A DNA stretch of 64,000 nucleotides from assembly GCF_004010195.1 (NCBI RefSeq), contig NC_057724.1, positions 41,086,819 to 41,150,818 on the forward strand. Direction: 5' to 3'. Origin of the DNA: Chiloscyllium plagiosum (taxonomy: Eukaryota). The translations under genes and the position numbers were made by a program. Positions 27,930-40,246 of this stretch are shown here, piece after piece. The notes under the pieces were generated by a model. That model worked only from the letters and a program-made list of their open reading frames with translations. It searched no databases and had not been told where the DNA came from. Every line of letters begins with the position of its first letter. The first letter of the stretch is position 1.

Positions 27930-29580
27930 ATAGAACCAGAAAACCATAGATATAATACAGTACAGAAGTGGGCCATGGGACCTATTTTGTCCATGTCAAC
28001 CCCAAGACCCAGATGCTCTTTCTAATCCTATCATCCTACACACGGTCCATGGCTCTGCAGATTACTGTACTTAAGATCCAGGTACTTTTTAAAAATGAGT
28101 TTAGGGTCTCTACCAACTCAGGCAGTGAATTCCAGACACTCACCACCCTCTATGTCAAAAAGCGTTTCCTCGCATCCCTTCTAATCCTTCTGCCACTTAG
28201 CTTGAATCTCTGACCCCTGGTTTTTCAATCTCTGCCAAGGGAACAAGTTCCTCCTGTCTACTTTCTCGAGTCATAGAGTCATAGAAATATACAGAATGGA
28301 AACAGACCCTTCGGTCCAACCTATCCATGCCGACCAGATATCCCAACCCAATCTAGTCCCACCTGCTAGCACCTAGCCTATATCCCTCCAAACCCTTCCT
28401 ATTCATACACCCATCCAAATGCCTCTTAAATGTTGCAATTGTACCAGCCTCCACCACTTCCTTTGGCAGCTCATTCCATACACGTACCACCCTCTGCGTG
28501 AAAAAGTTGCCCCTTAGGTCTCTTTTATATCTTTCCCCTCTCACCCTAAACCTATACCCTCTCGTTCTGGACTCCCCTTTCTCAATCATGTCTCCTCATA
28601 GTCTTTTCTGTTCCAAGGAACATAACTCCAACTTCTCCAATCTTTCCTCATAGCTACAATTCTCCAGCCCTGGCAACACTCTAGTAAATCTTCCCTGCAC
28701 TCTCTCTAGAACAATTACCTCCTTCCTGTAATGTGGTGACCAAAACTGCACACAATACTCCAGTTGTGGCCTCACTAGTGTCTTATAGCCTTGCCAGTTT
28801 CATTATCATATCCCTATTTTTGCATTCATTACCTTTGCCAATGAAGGAAATCATTCCATATGCTTTCTTTATAACTTTATCTTCCTGCACTATTATCCTT
28901 AGGGGCCTCTGCACTATTATCTTTAGGGGCCTGCACATCAAGATCTCTCACTTCATCTACCCTCTCAGTACATTCCCATTTATTGTGTATTCCCTTTTAT
29001 TGTTTGACTTTCCTAAATAGATTACCTCACACTTATCAGAGTTGAACTCCATCTACCACTTCCCTGCCCACTCCACCAACCCATTTATATCATTGTTGAA
29101 CATCCAGCCATTTTTAACGTATACAGCCAATCTTTGGGTTGCCTGCAAATTTCCTAATTGTGCACCCCCATATTCAAGTCCAAATCATTCATGCATAGAA
29201 GGAACAGCAGGGATCCCAACCCTGAGCCCGGCGGAGCACGACTTTAGACAGCTTTCCATTCATAAGGGCAGTCATTGACCATTACCCTTTGCTTGCTGTT
29301 ACTGAGCCAATCTTTGACAGATTACCATGTATCCCACAGGCTTTTACTTTTTTGACCAGTTTGCCTTGTGGGACCTTGTCAAGTGCCAGACTAAAATCCA
29401 TATACTGTTGATAATATCCAATGAACTACCTTCATTGATCCTCCTTGTCACTTCCTCAAAGAATTCAATCAAATTTGTAAGGCATGACCTTCACTTAGCG
29501 AAGCCATGCTGACTAACCAAGACTCTTCTACGCTTTTCTAAGTGACAGATTTTCTGATGTCTCAGGATTGATTCTAATAA
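27930..29580 (-). mobile_element. Older CR1 3' part with a young HER1-like 3' end nested at ~28269-28577
   Basis: RT-region DNA (ttgtgggaccttgtcaa, cctcaaagaattcaatcaa); nested copy closely matches 12840-13135. Confidence 0.85.
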
Positions 29581-29923
29581 TTACACATATGTCCTAACCA
29601 TTCTCCTGGTGGAAGTATAGAGCATTTTTCATGTAAATGGGATGGGGCAGCTACGCATGAGTTCAGGGAGAAAGTTTCAGAGAAGGCACTAACGCCTCAA
29701 GTATCAGTCACCAATGAAGGAAAATTCCATGGGGAGAAGGGATGGAGTCAGGGATGTGGCCCATGGAAGAGCAGAGACTAAGGAGCAATGGGTGGACAGT
29801 AAGGTTTGGGTGTAGAAGCAGGAAAGAAGGAAGCTGTGAAGTAATCTGGAAAAAGAGGACTGTTAAAGACAGGACAGGTAAGTGGGGGGGTTTCAGGTAG
29901 AATCGGGTATAGGTGGCAGATAT

Positions 29924-30228
29924 TGGTTAGCGCTGCTGCCTCACAGCACCAAAGACTCGGGTTCAATTCCCGCCTTGGGCAACTGTCTGTGTAGAGTTTG
30001 CACATTCTCCCATGTCTGTGTGGGTTTCCTCTGGGTGCTCCGGTTTCCTCCCACAGTCCAAAGATGTGCAGGTTAGGTGAATCGGCCGTGCTAAATTGCC
30101 CGTAGTGTTAGGTGAAGGGGTAAATGTAGGGGGATGGGTCTGGGTGGGTTGCTCTTCGGAGGGTCGGTGTGGACTTGTTGGGCTGAAGGGCCTGTTTCCA
30201 CGCTGTAAGTAATCTAATCTAATCTAAA
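29924..30228 (+). mobile_element. HE1-type SINE lacking the first ~20 nt
   Basis: B box, V-domain and (TAATC)n tail. Confidence 0.9.
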
Positions 30229-31583
30229 TTGGATTTAAGTAATTTTGATGTGAACATAGGAGGTATGGTTAGTAAGTTTGTAGATGACCCCAAAATTGGA
30301 GGTGTAGTGGACAGCCAAGAAGGTTACCTCAGAGTACAACGGGACCTTGATCAGATGGGCCAGTGGGCTGAGGAGTGGCAAGTGGGTGTAAGTTTACATA
30401 AATGTGAAGTGCTGCGTTTTGGAAAGGCAAATCAGGACAGGACTTATACACTTAATACTAAGGTCCTGGGGAGTATTGCTGAACAAAGAGACCTTCCAGT
30501 GCAGGTTCATGGTTCCTTGAAAGTAAAATTACAGTTTGACAGAATAGTGATGGTGGCATTTGGTATACTTTTCTTTATTGATGAATGCATTGATTTTGAG
30601 AGTTGGGAGGTCATGTTGCAATTGTAAAGGACATTGGTTAAGCCAATTTTGGAATTTTTTTGTGAGCAGTTCTGGTCTCCCTCCTATCAGAGGAATGTTG
30701 TAAACTTGAAAGAGTTCAGAAAAGATTTACAAAGACGTTGGAGAGTTTGAACTATGGTAGAGGCTGAATAGAATGGGGCTATTTTCTCTACAGCGTTGGA
30801 GGCTAAGGGGTGACCTTCTAGAAGTTTGTAAAATCATGAGGGGCATATATAGGGTAAATAGAAAAGGACTTTTCCCCAGGGTAGCAGAGTCCAAAACTAG
30901 AGGGCACAGGTTTAAGACGAGACAGGAAAGAGGAAACAGGAAAGAGCATCGGAGTCTGAGGGGTGACCTCATAGAGGTTTACAAGATCATGAGGGGCATG
31001 GATAGGATAAGTAGACAAAGTATTTACCCTGGGACTGGGGAGTCCACAACTACAGGACATAGGTTTAGGGTGAAAGGTGAAAGATATAAAAGAGCCCTAA
31101 GGGGCAACTTTTTCACGCAGAGGGTGGTACGTGTATGGAATGAGCTGCCTGAGGAAGTGGTGGAGGCTGGTACAATTGCAGTATTTAAGAGGCATTTGGA
31201 TGGGTATATAAATAGGAAGGTTTGGAGGAATATGGGCTGGATGCTGGCAGGTGGGACTAGATTGGGTTGAGATATCTAGTCAGCATGGATGGGTTGGACC
31301 GAAGGGTCTGTTTCCATGCTGTACACCTCTATGACTCTATGACCTAAGGGGTGACTTTTTCATGCAGAGGTGCATGTATGGAATGATCTACCAGAGGAAG
31401 CGGTGGAAACTGGTACAATACAAGATTTATAAAGCATCTGGATGGGTATATGAATAGGAAGGGTTTAGAGGGATATGGGTCAAGGGCTGGCAAATGGGAC
31501 TAGAGTAATTTATGATATCTGGTCGGTGTGGACGAGTTGGACGAAGGGGTCTGTTTCAATGCTGTACACCTCTATGACTCTAA
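30229..31583 (+). mobile_element. CR1 3' part with a second CR1 3' end nested at ~30950-31341
   Basis: VSKFVDD.KIGG; duplicated LRGDL.EV.KIMRG; two ctctatgactct tails. Confidence 0.9.
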
Positions 31584-32928
31584 GTCGGACAATTCCTGGG
31601 ATGTTCTACATTGGCAGGAACAACCTGCATGGGTGATTGAGGAAGGAATTGGTATGAGCAGCAATACAGAGTTGTGTTAGGCACTGAAAAGATTGGGTTC
31701 CATCTTTTTAATGGTGAAAAAAATTCTGGGTTATCCATAATGATGTTGAACAAATTGTCATATGTTTATGGAGTCAAAGGTGGTGGAGTACAGGCTGAAA
31801 TATTTGTCACTAATATGTATCCTAGCCAAACATCCATAAAAAGCATTGCCAGTTGTAACACATTAAAAATAAAACCAGTGAATCCAGAATGGAGTCATTG
31901 ATGTCATAGAAAACTCTATTCAACATGGTTTTGAGGCATAAGCTAAAGGGGTTTGTGGAGGGCATCAATGAAGAGTTGGGCATCTAGCAGCATGCAAAGA
32001 AAGGTTTAATGTCTGTACCACTGGTTGGGGGAATGGTCAAGATGATCTTTGAGCAAGAGGTAATGATGGCAATTTTAAAGTTCAAGGAAAGTGTGCATAT
32101 TACTACTGAAAACGTATCAGGTGTAGGCTTGAGTGCTTCTGAGATTATTTCTTCATCTCTCCTTCTTGGTGTAGTACACACCTTTTTACTAGACAGAGAA
32201 GTTGGTTATTGCCTGAAGCACATTTGGAATTCAAGCCCAAATTACTTGCTCCCAAACTATTTTCGTAACGACAGATGGAGTAGTCCTGTACATCCTCATT
32301 AAGATAAATGGAAAACTGTTAACTTGTCTTCTGTCACAACTATGCGTTACTTTAAGAACCACCAATTGGACAACTGAGGAATGTGAGCAACTACTGAACT
32401 TGAGAAACTTGTGCGAATTTGTGATGTGTCTGTCTCGCTTTCATACCAAGATCCCAACAAGCAGACTGTTTGAGTCAATGGGCCCAATTTTAACTCTGTA
32501 TAAGAGAGTGTGTTTTGAATGAGTTAAGCACTGTGTCTCAGATCCCTTTGAGGGAATCATAAATCCTTCAAAATGAATTTACGTTCTCCTCATTTCATCA
32601 CTGAGAGAAAGTTGAGATAAAATCAAACTTCATTCCAAATGTTTGAATGAGTCTGCAATAGAACTTGTACCAGGAAAGTTAGAGATTGAATATTTATCTC
32701 CATTGAGAAATAAAATATTCGTCAACACACTGGCAAACATAAAAACTTTTAGTGTCTTTTTCTCTTTCTAGAGATATTGACTGTTTCCCTGTATGTATTC
32801 CTTTCTGTGTCTGGTGAGCTATTCTCTGGTGCACAGTAGATAATTTCTGTTAGAATACTACAGTGAACAAAATGCATGGTATCAAGTGCATGTCATCACT
32901 ATAAAATATATCAAACTCTATTCAAAAG

Positions 32929-32961
32929 ACACACATACACACACACAAACATACACACACA
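32929..32961. repeat. (CA)n imperfect microsatellite downstream of exon A1
   Basis: acacacatacacacacacaaacatacacacaca. Confidence 0.9.
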
Positions 32962-33077
32962 TTTTGGCTTTAACTCGCAGTTTCCATGTGGTTAATTGCA
33001 GCTTAATGATGAAGCTTGTTGCTTGTGTTGAGAATGCATGCTCGCTCCTCCCCATGTGATACCAGGTTTCTACCTAC

Positions 33078-33137
33078 CTCCTTTTCTACATATTTTCTTG
33101 TTGGGTTTTCTTGTGCATTCCTTCGATATTCTTTTTA
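33078..33137 (-). CDS. NLGN3: Neuroligin-3 splice-site A1 cassette exon (60 nt, VKRISKECTRKPNKKICRKG)
   Basis: Not in the ORF track. Minus strand reads ttttattcattttacag|TAAAAAGAATATCGAAGGAATGCACAAGAAAACCCAACAAGAAAATATGTAGAAAAGGAG|gtaggt. Phase 1-1, in frame with the upstream exon. Matches the mammalian NLGN3 A1 insert (VKRISKECARKPNKKICRKG, recalled) with one substitution. Confidence 0.93.
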
Positions 33138-33224
33138 CTGTAAAATGAATAAAATACTGCAAAATAACATGAGGCTCCATCAGACAAAATAGGAGCATGC
33201 AATCACAACCATTTCACTTCCCCT

Positions 33225-33309
33225 ACATACACACATACACAGGCAGACAAACAGACACGCATACTTTCACACACACAGACAGACACACGCACACACAGAC
33301 TCTCACACA
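33225..33309. repeat. (CA)n-rich imperfect repeat upstream of exon A1
   Basis: acatacacacatacac...acacacagacagacacacgcacacac. Confidence 0.85.
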
Positions 33310-34559
33310 AAACCTGTTTGCAGAAATATTCAGTTGTCCCAGGGCACAGCTGGTCCATGCTGTTCAAGCTGTCAATGCAGTACCACTCCAATATGAGAAG
33401 AATATTTAAACTGGTCAACATGAACTCTCTCCCCTGTCATTTCCCTATCTCTTAAAGAGAGGGGTCATGTAGTAACATTTTAGGCTTCAGCTAGAACAAG
33501 CCTCATTTAAAAAAAAGCCCCATTTTTCAAATGCTTCAAGTGAAGAATAAACTATGAATGTCCATTCAGGAATTCTGAAAAAGAGTCTTATTTGAAATGT
33601 GAGCCCATTTTGCCTGTTGGTCAGATACATATTGATGGCTCTGTGCCAACCTTTCCTTTTTTATTCCAGAATAATTGTTTACAGGTTTCATTTCTGGTTC
33701 CTTGGGGTGGGTGAGTTTTCAAAACAAAACTTAAAGTTGTTGTACCTGAACAGGTGCATTTGTGATGGCTTGCTCAAATCTGAAAAAAGACATTTACAAC
33801 TTTACAACTGATATCAAATACAGAAAATCATCATTAATGCGTCCAAAATTTTGCAATATGAAAAGGCACTACTTCTTCCAGCCTTTGCAATATTCATAAA
33901 TGCTGTGTTTCACTAGTTTGTCAATCACTAGCAATGCATAGGATCAGTCTGTGTGGAATCCCAACAATGGTACCATCACAGTGTCATTTGCTGTTTATTG
34001 TTCTCAGTCAGGAAATTTCCAGGAATTCTACTCCTTAAGCGAGTCAACATTACTCAGATTATATCAACAATCCCTATAATCTATTCCGGTAATTCAAAGT
34101 GTTAATATTCTGCATGTCAAACAAAATACATTTGGGTAACTATATTTCCCATAGGTTTCATCCATATCCTTCCATGCTCTATAATAGTTAATACATCTTC
34201 TGACTCAGTAAACATTTTTTTTAACCATTTGGTCAAATACTCTAATATCTGCTGTATGGCTTAGTGTCACATTTTGATTAATAATACACTGTAAAACAAC
34301 TTGGGATATTTTATTACAATAAATGCACTCTATAATTATATATATTGTTTTTTGAAGACAGAAAGTTGGATTTTCGCCCAATTAATTCATCTTTTTCTGC
34401 ATCATGAGCTACTCAGGCATCAGCACAAATTGCATGGTAATGATAAAATATCTTCTTTTTTCCCTTCTTCTAAAGTTGCTGATGACTTGCTGAGATATAG
34501 TTCCATAGTTGCTCGTCATTATTCAAAACTTATCCATCAGGCTATTCTCTGTGTATGAA

Positions 34560-36080
34560 CCGAAAGGAGTCCACCGGATCCACTTTGTCACTAATCGTAT
34601 TCCCACTCACTGCTGACAACTAAGATTCCCTTTCTTGACTCCATGTTCGTTAGCATTATGAAAAGGTTCTCAATTATCTGATTCTGCTCATCTCTCCTTA
34701 ACATCTGCTTATTATATTTGTCCTTAAAGAAACAACACATGACCTCCTCCAACCTTGCGAACAGTTGTCCCATCTCCAACCTGCCATTCCTTCCCAAAGT
34801 CCTTGAATATGTTCTTTCCTCTGAAATTTATGCTAACCTTTCTTGAGACTCCATAGTCTAATCTATCTAATCTCCTTGTCAAAGCATCAACTCTGCTCTA
34901 ATCAATTCCTCAAATGACAGACTATGTGATTGTGACAAAGGCAAATTATCCCTCCATGAAGTCCTTCACTTGTCTGCAGAGTTAGCCACAGTTGACACGC
35001 CATCCTCCTCCAAAGCTGTTCGAACATCCTCAGCTTGGCAGCACTGCATTCATCTGGCTCATTTCTATCTACTTAATCATAGTCAGAACATCGCCATCAT
35101 TGGTTTCTTTTCACAATCCCACAAATGTAACCCTCGTGTCCACCATGGAATATATCCTTGGCCCCCTCCAATTTCTCATCCAGACATTGCCCCTTAGCTA
35201 CAGAGTATCAATTTCCATGCGTATTCTAACAATATCTATATCCACCTTACCATCATATCGCTTGACACCTCCACTATTTCCACTATCTCCAAGCTGTTTG
35301 TTTTCTTGCAGTGATTAATTCTGATATCGGTACTGGAGGAGACAAAACTTCCTCCAATTAAATTCTGAGGAGGCCAAGGTTTCCACTTTCTAGCCTCTGG
35401 TTCAACTCTTCTCCCTGCAACAATCTGAGGCTGAACTGGACTGCACATATCTGTCATATCTGACCCCAAGGTGAGCAATCAAACACTTAGCTGTCTCATC
35501 ATTAACGATCTATTTCTACCTCCAAGGCACTGTCCCACTCATTTCCTGAGGCAAATCGTCTTCTGCTGCTGCGATTCTCCTGCATTTGGTTATTTTCAGA
35601 CTTGACACTTATAACACATTCATGATTAATGTCCTACACAATTTACCTTTCGTAAACTTGAGATCATCCAAAATTGTGCAGCCTGTGTTCAAACTCGCAG
35701 GAAGTTCCATTGACCCCCAAGCCTGTGTTAACAGAGCTACAATGGCTCCTAGTTAAGCAACGTTTCCATTTTGAACTCCTCTTACTTTTTGTTGAACCCA
35801 TTCTCAACTGTCCCCTTCCAATCACTAATTATCTCAGCCCTAAAATCTTGTTGAGTTTGATGTTGAGTATCCTCCATTTTTATTATTCCAACTTGGCTGC
35901 CAATTCTCTAAGTTCCGGAATTTCCACCCTAAACCTCTCCACATTAGTTTTCTCCTTTTAAGGCATTCCTTGAAACCCATCCCATTTGGCCAAGCTTTTG
36001 ATCATCTACCAGTATCTATTTCCTCGTGGCTCTATGTTTTGAATCACTTTAACATGTTCTATAATTTTAAAGATGCTTTA
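34560..36080 (+). mobile_element. Old L2-clade LINE RT region and 3' end
   Basis: LDPL / PISNLPFLPKVLE / GPL.FLI / KL.IIQNCAA / P.L.ELQWL.V..R..F motifs, heavily decayed. Confidence 0.7.
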
Positions 36081-36429
36081 TAAGTTAAGGCATGGACTTT
36101 GTGAGGAAGTTCATGCACATTTCCCATATTTATCTAAATCCCATCTTCTTATAGAATTCCCTGCTAAAATCTATGTTAGTTGCTTCTAGATATTTAGTAA
36201 TTTTATTTTTAAACATTTAAATTTTTCTGTACAACAGATAAATTACAATTACTTGAATTACCATGTTCTTTCTTGCAAATGTATATTACATTGTACTCTT
36301 TACGTTCTCTGACACCCTCAATTGCTCCAGCTTCCCTTCATGATTCTTTGGTCGCATCACATCCTGTTCTCCTTTAGCTCTACCAACTCCTACATCCTAC
36401 ATTACATTTGTAATCTACTCCAAATTAAA

Positions 36430-37349
36430 ATTAAAAATCACACAACACCAGGTTATAGTCCAACAGGTTTATTTGGAAGCACAAGCTTTCTAAGCGCTGC
36501 TCCTTCATCAGGTGGTTGTGGAGTATAATATCGTAAGACACTGAATTTATAGCAAAAGTTTACAGCATGATGCAACTGAAATTATTTATTGAAGAAGACC
36601 TGGATTGTTTGTTAAGTCTCTCATCTTTTAGAATGACCACGTTGGTTTCAGTTCTTTCTTATGTCAATCCCAGAGCTTTTTTTTAAAAGTTACATTCTCA
36701 AGTGAACTTTAACAATAGGTGGTTGTCAGCTCAGAAAATGCATTGAAGGTGTGAGAGGCCCTGTGTGAGGCTGTCTGTGCCCCAATGTTCACACTGATTC
36801 TATTTCTAAAAAAGAGACTTACAGAATCGTACATGGCTTTATGCAGTTTGTGAGCAAAATAAAATATAACTCTGCAAGTATAAATTCACCCCACAAACGT
36901 GTGTGTGTGAGAATGTGGGTGTGGGGTGGGGGGGGTATGAGTGTGAGAGTGTGTGTATGTGTATGTGTGTGATTGTAAGTGTAATCAGGTATAAGTCTGT
37001 GAGAGGGTGTGTGTGTGGGTGTTGAGTGTGGATGTGTATGTGTGAGCATACGAGAGAGAGCTTGTATACAAGTCAGGGTCTGCTTGAGTGTATGGGTCTG
37101 AAGGAGTGAAAAAAACATGGTCATTCTAAAAGAGACACTTAACAAACAATCCAGGTCTTTTCTCAATATATGATTTCAGTTGCATCACACTGTAAACTTT
37201 TGCTATAAATTCTGTGTTTTATGATCTTATACTTAGGAGCAGCGCTCTGAAAGCTAGTGCTTCCAAATAAACCTGTTGGACTCTAACCTGGTGTTGGGTG
37301 ATTTTTAACTTTCTACACCCCAGTCCAACACCAGCACCTTCAAATCATG
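36430..37349. mobile_element. Penelope-like (family 2) insert with ~200-bp inverted termini and an internal (GT)n tract
   Basis: 36431-36643 is reverse-complementary to 37114-37308; TSD actccaaattaaa (36417-36429) / actccaaatcaaa (37350-37362). Confidence 0.8.
36483..36511 (-). ncRNA. Minimal hammerhead motif (family 2), stem II base damaged
   Basis: cac-CTGATGA-A-GGAGC-AGC-GCTTA-GAAA-GCTT-gtg; stem I cac/gtg; the partner copy near 37235-37259 reads GGAGC-AGC-GCTCT-GAAA-GCTA-gtg but lacks CTGATGA. Confidence 0.65.
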
Positions 37350-38028
37350 ACTCCAAATCAAATTCTCTTCATCATTCCTAATTAAATTTAAACTGATCTC
37401 CCTAACAATCCATAATACCTAAATATCATTTTCAGTAAGACTCATGCTGTGTTAATACAACTCTTCTTAACTCTTCACTCCATCTAATTCAAATCTACTA
37501 TTCTTCAATTATTTTTACCATTATCTATTTATTCTACTTACTCATGATAACAAAATCTATCACTGCTTACCCAACACTTTACCAAAATCCACTTCTCATT
37601 AGTCCCACTCATAATTCCAGCCCCATTTATATGTAAATCAAGTTTAATCCCCTCAACTAAAAAGAATGATGTGCAGAAATGGTTAAAGTCAAGCTGAGTG
37701 CACTCACCTTACTGATTATACTGACCGATTATCATCTACTGAATCCAATTTATCAAAATCATATCCAGTGATTTTGAAACTTAGCAAGATTTTGGTTCAC
37801 AACCCCATAAATTAACATTAAGCCCCTTGAAAGTAACGTCTACAAATTTACAGCCTGTTTTCAATTCCAGTGCTAAAGTTGGCAAAAAATGGTGAGGCTT
37901 GCATCAAAAACCAACGTATTTTCTTTTAAGTTACTTGAAATGAGTGTTCGTCCCAGGTCTATGACCAGACTACATTCACTCTTCTCAGGTTCATCACCCT
38001 TCCCTCGGGTTCATCTAGCCCGATTCTC

Positions 38029-38056
38029 CTGATGAAAGGCTTACGTCCGAAATATC
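38029..38056 (+). ncRNA. Hammerhead motif, diverged (family 1 variant) within a ~100 bp Penelope terminal fragment (to ~38120)
   Basis: CTGATGA-A-AGGC-TTAC-GTCC-GAAA-TATC. Confidence 0.55.
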
Positions 38057-39753
38057 GATTCTCCTGCTCCTTGGAATGTGCCTGTCTTGCTGTGCTTTTC
38101 CAGTACCACACTTTTTGACTTCATCTACCCCTGGTCTAGCCTATTTAAAGCAACCATGACGAGCAATCTGCATGAGAATCAATTTTCTTGCAAATGTGGA
38201 CTTCATTCTTTGACACTTTGCTAAACTCTGCCCTTAGCAACAGCTTTCAACGTGAAACAAACTTCCCAGCTTGTGTTTATTAAGTAAATAATGCTTCGAA
38301 TAATTGCCTCATCTCATTAACTTGAATATGAGTCTAGCCCAGTTTCTGCACTGGATATAAAATTATTTCTATTTGTGACATTTTGAATTTCAGTGGAAAA
38401 AATGTCTACAGTACAAATTTAGGCATTTTAACGTGTAAACCAACTCAGAGACGATAAGGATGAATTATATGAGAAATTGAAATGTTACACAGGCCACTCG
38501 AAGTGGTCTGAACCTAACGACACATAATAGTAACTCTGAAATGTTCTTAAAACTTCACAAAATTATTATGGCGCAGAAGGCAACCATTCAGCTACTGTGT
38601 CTGCATTGGCTCTCTAAGCATTTTAATTTAATGTCAATCTCTTGCCTTTTCTCATAAGCCTGCACATTTTTTCTATTTAAATAATCGTCCAATATTCTCC
38701 TGAATGTCTTAATTGAACTTCCAGAGAGTGCATTTCAGATTCTAACTGCTCACTGTGTGAACTTAGTCCACCTTTTCTTACATTTTCCCCAGTGCTGATA
38801 TTATTCACATTGATGAATCAAATTATTAATGAAATAAAGCAAGCATAGTCCACTGTGAAACCCCTGTATCATTGACTAGCACAATTATTTACATAGCAAT
38901 CAATGTTCACAACCATTTTTGAGGAACTAGCCCCTGCCCTGACAAGTATCATGAGAGTCGCTCTCTGACATGAGGTCTCAGTAAAAGATGAGGTTAAACT
39001 CAGCAGTTTTAATCATTTTTGATGCAAATATAGACAAGTTCATGCCTAATATTAACAAATGTATTACACTGTATGAATGACTGGCACGAGCATGAGGATA
39101 ACTTGCACTGATATGTAGGCTTTTTCTTTTACCAATTCATGGATAGTTGATAGTGACCCATGGACAATCTACAGTGATTGATGATAATCTGTATGAGTCT
39201 TGCAAAGTTGGTTCAGGGTCTTTGCGGATGAACAATATGCTCTCTTCATATTCTGAGTTCTAAGAAGTGAACTAAATCATAAATAAACACCAAACTGCAA
39301 ACTAATCCTCTGGATTTGAGAGTGATTTTGCAGCAGACATTCAGTCACAACCCATGTATGTCCTGGGAGAATATTTCTGCAATCACCCTTCACAAACTTT
39401 CCAAACCACTTGTCCCCTCACACATTACTGTGTGAATCCCAAACCCTGCGAATTAATCGTGTGGTCAATGCACCTGTCTTGAGACTTTTTGCAGTGATGA
39501 TTCGCTTTTGGTTGTCAAACTGTGCCAAAGAAACAAAAGAGGAACCATAACAGTGCCATAGACAGTAAGAGATATAAAGGTCAAAGTAAGGAGAAGCCAC
39601 AACATGAGCTACATAACAATTGCATGCAGGAGGGGGATGGGATGGGGTCAGGTGCGAAATAGGAAACCATCTCATGCTTAAAAAGCAACATACAGACAAA
39701 ACAGGAACAAAGAACCAGACAAAGAAGCATTGGCTCATCCGCTACTGACTCAC

Positions 39754-40246
39754 CATCCTCTGTAGGAACATAGATGTTTAGATACAAACAGTCTTCATTT
39801 TGATCCTGGATGTAGGTTGCAACTATATCCAAATTGGCCGTGAACCAGATTGGTAACATGATTTCTGGTACTATACCATGAATGTTTTGCGGACAGACAG
39901 GAGCAAAATGAGTTACGTTACGTATTCTAGACCAAGAGGGTGGAGGTTCTGGTGGTTGGAACCTTTTCTCTCCAGTAGGAGCACTTGCATATGGAACTCC
40001 CAGGTACTGATCCACTGGCCCAAGTATGTCACTTGGCAAGGGAATTCGGATTCCCCGTAGTTTTCCATAATGTGTATTCACAGTTGGGTAATTGATCTGA
40101 CCCTCCAGCACTATGACCCTGACAGCAAAGCTGAATATCCAGAGAGCAGCACTACAGTCTACATTGAAGAAAATGGTGACTATGCGATATAAAAAGGATA
40201 CAGGACAACTCCATCTTGTATGAAGAAACATCGTACACGATGCCAT
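39754..40246 (-). CDS. NLGN3: Neuroligin-3, first coding exon (signal peptide + start of cholinesterase-like domain), 493 nt, phase-1 donor
   Basis: Translation ...[71 protein letters not shown]...[31 protein letters not shown] matches neuroligins; [19 protein letters not shown] and [13 protein letters not shown] are NLGN3-type. ATG at 40246 has strong context (ataATGG). Donor GAG GAT G|GTGAGT at 39753 is the conserved neuroligin junction before splice site A. The track ORF's TTG start and its tail after PTED are artefacts. Confidence 0.93.

Noticed and set aside
31600-32310. Candidate exon after ttctctgtctag (minus, ~32190) and nearby ORFs
   Set aside because: No neuroligin similarity and no convincing donor; likely old repeat debris.
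39581-39753. C-terminal extension of the 236-aa neuroligin ORF ([10 protein letters not shown]...)
   Set aside because: Read-through past the canonical GTGAGT donor at 39753; intronic.
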